64,000 nt of DNA from Octopus sinensis (lineage: Eukaryota), in assembly GCF_006345805.1 (NCBI RefSeq), contig NC_043002.1, forward strand, positions 115,072,001-115,136,000, written 5' to 3'. The translations under genes and the position numbers were made by a program. This document shows positions 51,613-64,000 of the stretch, one piece after another (positions within the stretch are counted from its first letter, which is position 1; every line of letters begins with the position of its first letter). Below the pieces are notes generated by a model. It saw nothing but the letters and a program-made list of their open reading frames with translations. It did not search any database and had not been told where the DNA came from.

Positions 51613-52444
51613 TCATTATTGATATATTTGCCATACAACTGTGACACCCTCCCATTACATCGCTATACACTTAAAGCAGCAAAAACCGAAGTAGAAAAAA
51701 ATCATTTATAGAAAACAGATTTATATTCACTAGAATTACTCACAAATATAGACAATCAATGATCAACTGTATCTATACGTGTGGAATTGTTTTCATGTTG
51801 TATACACTTGGGTAGAAATAATATCCATCATTTTTTATGTATTTATGCTTATATTTTATTTTACATTTTCTCTCTCAAGGCTTTAAGGCGTGAGCACAAA
51901 TTTCTTTTCCATAGAATCTTACAAAATCAAATATGTTTCTGTGTTCTCATGAAAATAGAAATGTAACGTTTTGAACTGCTCAAAATTTTAAAATTTTATA
52001 CCGTTGCAATATAATTGTACTTCAGCGTCGGCAGTAGGGCATGAACCTAACAGATCAGATTCCTGGCTTTGAACTAGCAGGATGTCATATAGAGTACTTA
52101 AATACAAGGTAATGGATGTGACCCTGATATTCCTAGTTAGATGGAAACTGCGGGACCACATAGAGCAGCGCCCTGTGACTCTTACAGTATGCGCAACCTA
52201 AACCCCTAAAAAAGGGGCGTCTTATGGGACGACCTAGATGAGATGAGATGTACTTCAGCTCTGAGTGAGGGAACCTATGATCAAAGGCTTATCCACTGTG
52301 ACTATCTTTCCCTTTCATAAATTAGCGACTATATTGTATTGAGTATCAGTAAGCTACTAAGGTATGATTTATGGAGATTTAGTTTATATTTCTAGCATAT
52401 TTGGCGGTTTTGTGGATGCTACCGTATTGACTTAGATTCCTTAT

Positions 52445-52720
52445 ATATGTTTCGGCCAAAGTTTGGCCCAGGTTATATCTAACTTGATAGCGCCATCTAA
52501 TAGATCTGTTAAGTCATTTTTAAGTCAAGTTTTGTGGTGTCATAATCCATTCAAATAAGGAGTTGTTGTTGTTGAATAAGATGTATCTATGTTTATATGG
52601 TTTATCTGGTATCTCTTGAAGAAATTTGTCCAGGTTTTGTTTGAAGATGATGGGATCCTTTTTTTTCTTGGATTTAATTTGGAATGACTCCTAAAAATAT
52701 ATATGATTTGTTAGAGTAGA
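52445..52720 (-). mobile_element. CR1-like LINE 3' end fragment
   Basis: Minus strand: IFKQNLDKFLQEIPDKP...NNNSLFEWI; downstream sequence resembles the 3' UTR of the 23935-25425 element (CCTGGGCCAAAC). Confidence 0.75.
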
Positions 52721-53380
52721 GGCAAGTGACATGCCATCTTTTGAAACTAGAAGTTTCTTTACTTCACGATAATAATTCTAGCTTCAGAAGAACCGAAAGA
52801 AACTAGTAGAAAATTATTCATTCCATTAAACTATGATAAAATAATCCGTAAAACGGTGACAGACTGGAAAAGCCATTGAGTTTTAAAAAATAATGATGAC
52901 TCATAAAGTTAACTCTAATGCAATCATGGACAATCTGCGACCCACGCCTCCCAAAAATTTACCTTCAATTTTTTGATACTGCGTTTCGCCTGAGGATGAT
53001 CCATAACTCACGCGGCTTGCTTCTCGAAAAGGGTTGCTCGTAATTGCTCTAAAGTTAGAAAGCTGAACATCACTTCTATGTGGAATCTCAGTATAGAGGA
53101 TAACATAAATACATCTGGAATTTGCTGTTGAACGGCATTATAGTAAGTTTGTAACTGCAACGGTTACTAACCGATGCAGTCAAAACATTTGTAGGTCTAT
53201 TTGAAGCTGTATTTATATCTAAATTTGAATTAAAGGTAATGTTAATGCTACTTCGTAATGATCATTATTATTTTCATATACGCTCAACAAATTAGACTGT
53301 TGGAAAAGAAAAAAATCCTAACACGGGGCTACAAGTAACCTAAGATGCCAAGAACCCTCCCATCGGGCTACAACAGAATC

Positions 53381-53382
<2 letters not shown>

Positions 53383-53440
<58 letters not shown>

Positions 53441-53462
53441 CATTATTATTATTATCATCATC

Positions 53463-53495
<33 letters not shown>

Positions 53496-53496
53496 T

Positions 53497-53590
<94 letters not shown>
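53383..53590. repeat. (TAT)n-(CAT)n-(TA)n compound array
   Basis: Read directly. Confidence 0.96.
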
Positions 53591-55741
53591 TGAAGTAATA
53601 AACATTGCCGACATAATTCCTTCAAAATAATGTTAACACGGATGATTGAAAAACATTCTCCAAATCCAGATGACCGGAAAAAAAAGAGAAGTGAGGACCT
53701 TCAAGAAAACGTATCTACGAACGAAAGGTATGGAGGTATAAGCATAATGGTGAACGAAATATTTGGTGACCTATCATCTCAGAAATTACAGTAGAACTGA
53801 TCAAAAAAGGAAATTTTATGACATGATCTCATTATACATGATCCTAAACGGATATTCGTTGTTATTCTGCGAAATCTTACCAAACGTATCTCCACGCCAA
53901 TAATATTCAAATATTTTTTTCAGCTAGAACAGTCTGTATACTTTGAACACTTAATACTATTTGAGGTGGGTCATTAAGACAAGTATAAACCGAAGAGCTT
54001 TTCAAAGACAGAAAATTTAATTGTGGAAGTTCAGAAATAGAACTAAATATGCAAATTTAAAAACAAAAAAAAACGTCAGTATGGCGAAGGACCGTGCATT
54101 GGTGGTGGTGTCGTCAGATAACGCAAGACATCCTCCATGATCCCATCAAACAGCTCCCCTAACCTACGCTCCTGGATTGATATTTTTATCGACCCCCAAA
54201 GGATGAGAGGCAAAGTTGACCTCAGCGAGATTTGAACTCAAATCGCAACAAATACTAAAATATATTCTAACAAACGCTCTAAATACAACTTGTTCGTCGA
54301 CTTTCGTCTAAATATAAAATTTATATAAATAAAAAGGATCATGTCAAAAGTGTAAAGATTACAGTCCATGTAAAATATATAAATGAAATTTTGTCATTTT
54401 AGGAATTTAAACCGTAAAAGACTATAGTGCTCATTAATATGCATGAAAAATATGGTGTCCTTTTCCACATTGTATTAAATACGCCTTTTACGATTAGTTC
54501 AAACAGTTTTTTTTTATTTCTCTTGAACAATATACATAGTTCAATTTCACGCCAACCTTTAAACGATAAATTGATTAACCAACTGAAGTATTTTGATTCA
54601 ATAATGAAATACGATTATAAATTGAACTCGTCAAATTAGAAAGTCCTGCAGTTTGAATCCATTATGAAATCAATTAGCGTTAATGAGATGATTTCAGTAG
54701 ATGAATAGCTGGTGTCAAAAGCAGATTTTCAACTATCGAAATCTGTTAATTACATCTTAAAAACAATAAAAAAAGAAAATGAAGCGTCAGCCAGTGACTA
54801 CTTGAAGAGATCACTCGATACTTTTGATTTACTTCTATGTGGTCAAAGATGTTGAACAAAAGTAAGAAGTACAGTCTCGACAATTTGAATTTGATTTAAT
54901 CGATTATGCTAATTGGATGATAATATAAGCTCAAATAACAAAAGCCAGCAAATTGAAATAGAAAGCCACCGAATAAATTCAATTTCAATTTTAACATAAT
55001 GATTGACACAAAGTGACAAACAGTTTTCTTCTTTCTTTTTTTTTAATAATTGAGTTGAGAACTATATGAATATTTACTAGAAAAAGAATATAACGTTTGA
55101 TATTCAAATAATAGTCTTCCCTTATAACCTGTGATTTATAGCGAATATAATTTGAGATGGGTAAACAAAGAAAAGTGTTGAATGAAGCTTTTGTATATAT
55201 ATCTTTTACATTAAGCCAATACAATAAACACTACGCGTGTTATAGCAATAACAAACATGAGCTTTCACGCGTACGGCACGGTAAACGTTTGAGATGAAAA
55301 TGGAAAAGGCATTGAACTAGGTGTACTTTTTCATTTAATTTAGTTGTAAAATAAATCATATAAGTGTGTGTGTATACAGTATATATATATATATATATAT
55401 ATATATACTTCATGTAGGATAAAATTTTTTAGAAAAAATTTTATCAATCGCCAGCATATTAAAAAATACCTTTAAAGGTTAAATTTATAAGCAACTTATA
55501 AATAAGGGCAAACGAAAAAATTTCTAATGCCAAATATGCCGAAATTAGACACCCTGTCCATAACCATATAATTTTTCACTATACACACGCTACTCAAAAC
55601 AAAAAGGTCGACAGAAATCTCTAAAAAATTCCATTATTACCATATCGGACAGATTTCAGGGTTAGTTCGTAAGAACCCTCCCTTCGTCAGTGATAAATGT
55701 GGCAAAGAAATAAATGAGATACCTACTATATATATATATAG

Positions 55742-55783
<42 letters not shown>

Positions 55784-55829
55784 CACATACATACACACGT
55801 ACATATATATATGTGTGTATATATATGTG

Positions 55830-55899
<70 letters not shown>

Positions 55900-56871
55900 C
55901 CGTTTTTATCACATTGATAACTATTCTAAAATCGTGATATTTTTCAGAAATAATATCTGTAACGCAATTAGAACACTTAAAAAGTGTTATTTCTGACACC
56001 ATTTTCAATCACGTTCTCCCTAATCTATTTCGCAAATCCTACGCTCAACCGTATCTTTACATTCGTCCACAACTATACCAATGACCTATTCACATTGTAC
56101 TCCCAGACGCAGCACACTGATAAGACTGCCCTACAGTTCTCATCCAGGTACTTTAACCAGGTAAAAATGTCCCCACATTCGGCAATAAAGACTTGAAAAT
56201 TCCTTTGTTCAGTAGGACCATAATACACACATTATAGATACTTGATATAGATATCAAACCAATAAATTTGCACTATTGCACTATCCTTATTCGTAGTAAA
56301 CCTTTGATGAGATCACGATCACCACCAAGGGTAACGGTGGTACTTCAGTAGTGAATGTCTCTCAATCAGACTGAAAGACATACACATGAAGTAGTGCGCT
56401 TTACAACTTAAACACGACATTCCAATTTTCTTTCAAGAAAACGCAACCAACCGTAAAGCCGTCGCAAGCAATTACTGTCTCACATTTGATCAGAATCACG
56501 TCTTCATAAGAATTAATTTAGAATTTATTAAGTGTACTGCTACAATGCCATAACTTTAGAGTACTTTTAAGTGAATTGAATCTATTGGAAATAATGGTGC
56601 CAATTCTAGAATAACGAAAGCATAGAATCTACTTGTACTGCTTCGTGATTAAGCCAAAGCATTGGTAACATTAACCCTCTGATAATAGCAGCCATGGAAA
56701 AGTTTCTTTGAAGATCTAATACGGGAAGGTTGCAACGTTTACTGCACTTACAGACTTATGTTTACCCTCCAAGGGTATCTTACACGTTTTCATTCTATAT
56801 TAACTAACTTCTATGTAAATGACGCATTAACTTCTACTTCTTAGTAACATTCCAAGCGCGCTTCTCTTTCT

Positions 56872-56946
56872 CACGTGAATAGTCTGCACGTGAATACTCT
56901 GCACGTGAATACTCTGCACGTGAACATTCTACACGTGAACATTGAT
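56872..56946. repeat. 15-bp minisatellite x5, each unit starting with E-box CACGTG
   Basis: CACGTG at 56872, 56887, 56902, 56917 and 56932. Confidence 0.95.
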
Positions 56947-57110
56947 TACAAATCTAAAAGAGTTCAGACCGTAACCGTACCTCGACCTAAGATTTGCTTC
57001 TCAAATTTTCTTTCAGCTTGCTGTCATCCATCTTGTCCTGCTTTTACAATGATCTCCCGTTCTTTGAATTTGCCAATTATATACTATCCATATCCAAATC
57101 TCAATATTCT

Positions 57111-57320
57111 GCGAACTGGCAGAAACATTAGCGCAACGGGCGAAATACTTTGCAGTATTTCGTCTGTCATTACGTTCTGAGTTCAAATTCCGCCGCGGTC
57201 GACTTTGCCTTTTATATTTTCGGAGTCGATAAATTAAGTACCAATTGCGAACTGAGGTCGCTCTAATCGACTGGCCCCTTCCCCTAAAATTTTGGGTCTT
57301 GTGTCTAAAGTAGAAAAGAA
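57111..57320 (+). mobile_element. SINE family A monomer
   Basis: GCGAACTGGCAGAAAC...GAGTTCAAATTCCGCC...AGTAGAAAAGAA. Confidence 0.92.
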
Positions 57321-59872
57321 AATTCCTGTTTGTCCTTCCTTCAACCATTCCAACTTATCACCAATCTTCCACCTCCGAACTGTATCTATCTGCAATAGCA
57401 TTCCATCTTACATCTTTCTTCTTAATAATTACACCTTAAAATTTCGAACTTCACGTTAACTGTTGAACCTCAACAGATGAACCGTAAGGAAGAGTCCTCC
57501 TCGGTATAAAAGTGAGAAAAACTGCAAATGCCTCTTTCTCCATGAATTCAATACTTCTAACTTTAATCATAAATCAGATTTTATATGAATATCCTCTTTC
57601 ACTACCAAACGTAATTCTAAAGACTTATACAATTATTTCTCTGGTATCATTGCATCTAAGATTTCCTCGCCAATATTTCATTGCAATCATTATACTGTCA
57701 CAATTCAATTGTAACATTCACTTCAGTAACCACATTTTACATCTTAGCAGGACCTAAAGGTACTACAGACATTGCTGTTTTCTTCAAACTCATAATATGG
57801 GACGAAAGAAAATTTTGTACTATACATTTTCTTATATACGTATTTCGGACATTTTTCATGTTAGCTCATAAACTTTAAACAACTGCGCTGTTTTCCAATA
57901 CTGCCCCCATTAAACAGTTCCTACGTTTCATTTATAAAGACGAAAAGAGGTAATAAATACAATTATTATAAAGAATAGATTCCGATCTCTTCAGTTTATA
58001 CCAAAATGTGTTTTGCAGTCACAATATATTCCAATAATTTTATAAGAAATCTTGTTTGTCAGATTTAATGGTTCAAATTCTATATACAACGAATCTAATA
58101 AAGAACTTACATGAAGCTGACATGATCGTTTAAATGTGATATATTGAAGTAGTTATCTTGTCTTTCACACATTTCATTTGAAATTTTCAAACTGGTTATT
58201 TCATTTTGTACAATCATTCTGAGACCATTCTTTTTCATTTATTTATTCCATTTATTTATTCACATTTACATTTCAATAATGTTCCAAACCCTGCCACGGA
58301 GATGGCATCATGTATCATAAAAGCAGCTCAAGTGCTAGAATGGTGAGGAAAAGATAAAGGAAATATTTTCGTTTACCAATTCTATTCTTATGTTTTTAAA
58401 ATCGATATATATATCTAGACACATAGGATGTATATAAATCTATATAAAAATACGTTCAGTGTGTCTTTTTCTGCATTCTTTGTCATGTTTTGTACCTGAA
58501 GGCATTTAGGTAAGTAAATCCAATACACATTGGTGGAAAGAAACAGTCATATTAGAGCTGTGGAAAACTATTTCTCATTCGGTTTTTTTTTATTCTTTTC
58601 ATTCTCTCTTGCTCGTTTTATCTTTATAGATATGGATAAGCATACACTTATATGGAAGCGCATCGAGACCAAAAAACAGACAGTGAATAGAAACCAGAAA
58701 ACAATATTTGCTATGTATTTCTTATGTATAAGTATGTGAACATGCGTTGGTGACTGAAGCTATGCATGTGAAGGTGTTCAAATGTAAGAATATACAGGTG
58801 TATATGCAAAGGTTTGCATACATCACAAACACGAGTTTTACATTACCTTGTCCATTGGGTTTTAATGCATTATATTTTATTTTATTGACTCGCATGCAAT
58901 ACCCATCAACGTACTTGCAAGCATATATGTACAACACTGTGTGCGAACTGTGTGCGAACACGTATACTGTGTATGTCGTATGTTGTGTCAACATATCATT
59001 ATGCAGCTGTGCGCTAGAATGCGGCAAGTGCTAGTGATGATGAGGATGATGATGTGTGTGTGTGTGTGAGTGCGCATGTATATATATAGATATATGTATA
59101 TGTATATATATATATACATGACCGAACTTTTAGTAATCCACATCTTTTATATTCTTCGCCGAAATTTTTTTATATCTACCCCTGCACTGAATTTTGTGAA
59201 CATTTAATCATTTAAACATGTTTTCTACTTCATAATTTTAAGTTCTGCTAAAATCTCAGTGTTTTATATAGGTTTGTACCATTGATAGACAAAAGATTGT
59301 CGAAGCTAGTTTGGTATATATGTAAATAAATTTATTTAAAAACAACTACCAGTTTTTCAAATTCAGGTGCATTTTCAAAGGCATATTCTCCTATATTTTC
59401 CTGCGTGGAAATACACACCTTCTTTCTTTCTATATATATATATATATGCACACACACACACACGCATATACTTACTTACTTACTTACATAGATAGATATA
59501 CATGTGTGAATGTGCGTGTGAAAAGTCAGCCATACGATTGAAGAAGAAAAATATTAGGAAAGAATGTAATGTGAGTTACATAACACAAAACAAGAAGTGT
59601 ATATTCCATTGTGAAAATTTATTGTCTTTGCACTGATGCCACTGTTTGGTCAATAAGATGCAATAACGGGGAAGATATTTTTGGAAGAGGTGAATAAGTT
59701 AGATTTTAGCCTTTGACAGATGTATAACATTTTCACGCTTTTCTAATCAAATATTCATAATTTTTATTTTCCTTTAACAAGTAGGACCTGGTCTTACAGA
59801 ACAGTGGCGTGAATGCAAGGATAGTAAATCTACAAATATATATAGAGAAAGTTAGAGAGAAAGATTAAATTA

Positions 59873-59919
<47 letters not shown>

Positions 59920-61355
59920 TAATAAATAAATTAAACATGCATATATATAAACATATATGTACGTACCTACCTCTACATGTACATATATACACGCATATAT
60001 GAGTACAGGACACCAAAAGGACGTCGAACACAATGAGAAACGAAAACATAGACACAAACCAAAGGAACTGGACATTTTTTTAAAAACAGCAAAAAAATAG
60101 AGTACAGGACAATTATATATATATATATATATATATAATACACACAGACACGCGCGCACACAGAAACACACACATATACATGTGTGTGTGTTTCTCTGTG
60201 TGCGTGTGTGTGTGTATGTATGTGTGTGTGGTAAATCTAATAGATTTAGGATACTTTTAGTTTATCAAAGCAACATATATAATTACCGATAGTGTATGTT
60301 TTTACCTGTATATGAAATAGATAAACGGAAGAATATGGCTTAAATATATAACCTAAAGATAATATAGAATATTTGTCACAATTTAACTCCCAGAAATTGT
60401 AAACGATTCGAGAACTATAAACAGTCATCAATCGCTGGTGTGGTAAGAAATCTGCTTGGTTTCAGGTTGAGTCCAACTGGGTGACACCTTGAGTAAATGC
60501 CTTCTACTATAGCCCCGCACCAACAAAAGCCTTCCAAGAGGAATGGGTACACGGAAACTGAATGAAGCCCGTTTTATATATATATGTATATAATTTCAAC
60601 AATTGAGGGTAAAATTAATTAATTATTAATCAATTTCACCAAGTGTTCAGTATGCAAAGGGACCATTTAAGGCGAATTCAAATTATTACATTATATAAAA
60701 GGGCTTAGTAAAATAAATTACTTTGCCACATACTGAACTCATTAGAAATAGTAGCTAAAAAAACTTTTTTAAAACTATTTCTAATACTTAAAGAAAATCT
60801 CTCTCATATAGTGTTTGCTCAATTCAACTCACGAAAGTATGGGGGTAAAGACATTAAAAAAAGACATTATATATGTATATATGTAAATAAGTTTCCGTGC
60901 TTCATGATCTGAAATGTCAGATTTTTTTTCTCTCCACATTGAAGAGGGAGTCAGGATCTTATCCATTTTTTATTTGCTTCCATTACTGGTTGTATATTCT
61001 GGTGAACTACATCTGACAACATTATGGAGTAACTCTGATCCCGTAGAATCAGCTGTCAGACTTGTAACACCTTTAATTTCTGTGTCTTTGTATTCTGTGT
61101 AAGTTTGCTCTGTTAATATATAAATATCTATATATTTATACTTAAATATTCATCATCTGAAAATGTTTTCTCTGTTTACATATTCACATGTATACATGTA
61201 TACATGTATACATGTATACATTTGGTACATCAAACCCAAGCAGCTTTATTTGTTTATTTGCATCATTGTCTCCATATCTGCTCACCTGGATTCCTCTTAT
61301 AGCCACTCTTTAACTCGCGGACTTCATCCTTGGTAAAGGATTCGGAGTGTAATTT

Positions 61356-61418
<63 letters not shown>

Positions 61419-61420
61419 TT

Positions 61421-61641
61421 AATGCAGCGAGCTGGCAGAACACGCCGGGCGAAATGCTTAGCAGTATTTTGTCAGCCGCTACGTTCTGAGTTCAAATTCC
61501 GCCGAGGTTGACTTTGCCTTTCACCCTTTTCGGGGTCGATTAAATAAGTACCAGTTACGCACTGGGGTCGATGTGATCGACTTAATACGTTTGTCTGTCC
61601 TTGTTTGTCTGTCCTATGTTTTGCCCCCTGTGGGCAATAAG

Positions 61642-61645
<4 letters not shown>
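61421..61645 (+). mobile_element. SINE family A (single-module variant)
   Basis: Head with small deletion, B box, and GTTTGTCTGTCCTTGTTTGTC tail. Confidence 0.92.
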
Positions 61646-61676
<31 letters not shown>

Positions 61677-61735
61677 GTGTGTGTGTGTGTGTGTGGTGTG
61701 TGTGTGTTGTGTGTGTGTGTGTGTGTGTTGTATGT

Positions 61736-61784
<49 letters not shown>

Positions 61785-62409
61785 CTTTATGTCTGAAAGC
61801 ACCCTTCATCACTTGACACTTGTGTTGATTTGTTCAATTAAAACCCTTCAAGATGGGCCCAGCATGGCCGCAGTTCAATGAATGAAACTAGAAAGAGATA
61901 AAAAATAAAAGAAAATATTTTCTTCAAGTTACTTTGTAAAACATGTAGACGTTTCGTTGACTATTCATCTCTTCAGTCGCTATTCAGTTAAGTTGTTCAC
62001 TTCACGCATATCAAATATATAAATCAACCAGGAACGAACAAAGGGTTGAAGCGATCATTTTCTTTATCAACAAGAAATAATGTTTTAAAATTGTAATAGA
62101 AATATTTACAGGTTACGCTGCCAAGACCGAATGGGTTGCTACGCTAAAATACATGCCAGTAGTTACACAGTAAATAGATGCACATAAACTTAGGCAAAAC
62201 AATTTTAATTAATTTACTTATTTTCTCTCTCTTTCTCTATGTCTCCCTCTCTGTCTCACTCACTCTCTCTCTCTCTCTCTCTATCACTCTTTCTCTCTCA
62301 AGTTCTCTCTCTCTCTCACACTCAAGCTCTCTCCTTCAAGATCTCTCTCTTATTGTATGTGAGTGTGTGGGGGTACTGTGTGTGTACATGTATATGTGCA
62401 TGCGTTTGC

Positions 62410-62446
<37 letters not shown>

Positions 62447-62980
62447 CGGACCCGAAATTCAAGCGCATCATAAATACCTGCGATAGCTGTGCTTCATAAT
62501 AGCCGAGTTGCAACGTGTTTTAATTTCAGCTGAGTGAAACGAATTGCTCATGCAGAACCTAATGATTAATTTTACTTCCGTTTGCGCAAACATATGCACA
62601 CACACACACACATTCGCATACATGCACACACGCACACGTAGCGAGAGAGTGTGGGGTGAGTATGTGTGTGTGTGTCTGTGTGTCTGCGTGTGTGTGATGT
62701 GTGTGCGTTTGCATGTGTGTGTGCGCGCGTGTGTACAGAAACATCATATACAGTAACAGATGTACTTAAATATTAAATATTGCTCACGGGCGCAAACGTG
62801 GCCCAGTATGGTTTAGAAGCTAGTTTTGGAATCACATTGTTTCGAGTTCAGTACCAATGCTCAGCACATTAGGCAATTGTTTTCTGCTATATGCCGAGCT
62901 GACTAATGCCTTGTGAGCGAAAACTATGTGTAACCCAACCCAACCACACATATATACATACATATATATATTTTTTTTTC

Positions 62981-64000
62981 TCTAGAGAAATCAATAACTT
63001 AGATTGCATCCTTGTTCAATCTGATAAAACCGGAAACATCTATAAGCTTACCAAAAGCCACTATTTGGAACTGCTGGAAAAGGAGATCCATAAAAATTAC
63101 AAGATCACAGGTAGGAATACTCTCAGGCAGGCTAACCTAGAGGCTAAAGGAATTATGGAACCGTATAGATTACAGATGAAGACAGAACCATTGAACCCCA
63201 GGCAACCTCGGTTTATTTTAAAAGACCACAAACAGAACTTTTATACTAACTCATCATTACGGCTTATATGCCCTTCCAGCTCCGACATCGTTACTCTTAG
63301 TAAATACATATTAGATAAGTATATCCCTACATTAATCAATAAATTAAAACTTAGCTTATGGTCGAATTCTTTTCAAATTGTAGATTGCTTTATTTCTATT
63401 ACTAATAAGGTTAACACTAAATTTATTCAGTTTGATATATCTAGCTTATATTCTTCAATCAACCCTATTATACTCAATAAGGCACTCTGGCATGCACACA
63501 ATAAAGCAGGTCTCTCCAGGGAAGAAATCATTGTGGTACTGGCAGCTAGAAAATCATTCATCAAGTTAGATAACAAGTTGTGGGTCCGGAAGGATGCTCC
63601 CAATGCGCTTGATGTATTAATGGGAAGTACAGATTCCGCTCAAATTGCTGATTTGGTCGGAATATATATACTTTATGAAATGGCCGACCAGTTCCCGAAC
63701 ATCTTTGGAGGTCTTTATCGCGATGATCGTCTGCTTTACCTCCAAAACATTTCAAATCAAAAAATACAGAAGGTTAAGAATAGATTAGTTAGGTTTTTTA
63801 GTAGAATGGGCTTTCACATCGTTTTTGACGATGAGTTAACCAAAGCTAACTTCTTAGACATTACTCTCAATTTACAAAATAACTCATACTTCCCATACCA
63901 TAAACCTTCCACAAATCTCAAATATATTAGTCCTTACAGTAATCACGCTAGGGCAATTGCTAAGAATTTAGTTAAAAACATTTCACTTAGATTATCTAAA
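62981..64000 (+). CDS. Penelope-like element reverse transcriptase (5'-truncated; open frame runs off the window)
   Basis: 340 stop-free codons checked by hand: QSDKTGNIY..FILKDHKQNF..RLICPSSSDI..FIQFDISSLYSSI (63431)..LMGSTDSAQIADLVGIY..GGLYRDD (YRDD 63716-63727)..NFLDITLNL..YFPYHKP..YISPYSNH. No authentic start: it begins right after a (TA)n/T run. Confidence 0.9.

Noticed and set aside
56872-56946. CRISPR-like appearance of regular repeats here and in the 44-kb dimer
   Set aside because: No unique spacers, eukaryotic context and no cas genes.
57330-57760. Possible further Dong-like RT relic on the minus strand
   Set aside because: Motifs too eroded to support a call.
60970-61109. Possible terminal coding exon on the minus strand (QTYTEYKDTEIKGVTSL...SNGSK*)
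   Set aside because: Only 46 codons, modest acceptor and no homology recognised.
61186-61221. (ACATGTAT)n self-complementary octamer run
   Set aside because: Short simple repeat; no evidence of function.

Overview
AT-rich, microsatellite-saturated eukaryotic DNA that looks intergenic or intronic. The SINE families and repeat density resemble octopus (coleoid cephalopod) genomes; this is an inference from recall, not a search. No host coding exon could be called with confidence, and nearly all listed ORFs are microsatellite read-throughs. The window is mostly transposon debris. It holds several R4/Dong-like RLE non-LTR retrotransposons chained through (TAA)n tails (about 7.0-13.4 kb, also 0.26-1.5 kb and about 23 kb), two CR1-like pieces, at least four tRNA-derived SINE families, a non-autonomous Helitron and a foldback element. 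Three Penelope-like (PLE) pieces are present. One is a stop-free 340-codon RT frame running off the right edge, absent from the ORF track. The main discovery is two unrelated families of short (TA)n-embedded elements carrying minimal type I hammerhead ribozyme folds: a single copy at 29805-29839 and a 259-bp tandem dimer at 44145 and 44404. These are candidate retrozymes possibly mobilised by the PLE RT. Also noted: a TATA+Inr+CCAAT promoter candidate (33.3 kb, minus strand) and a 5x CACGTG E-box array (56.9 kb).
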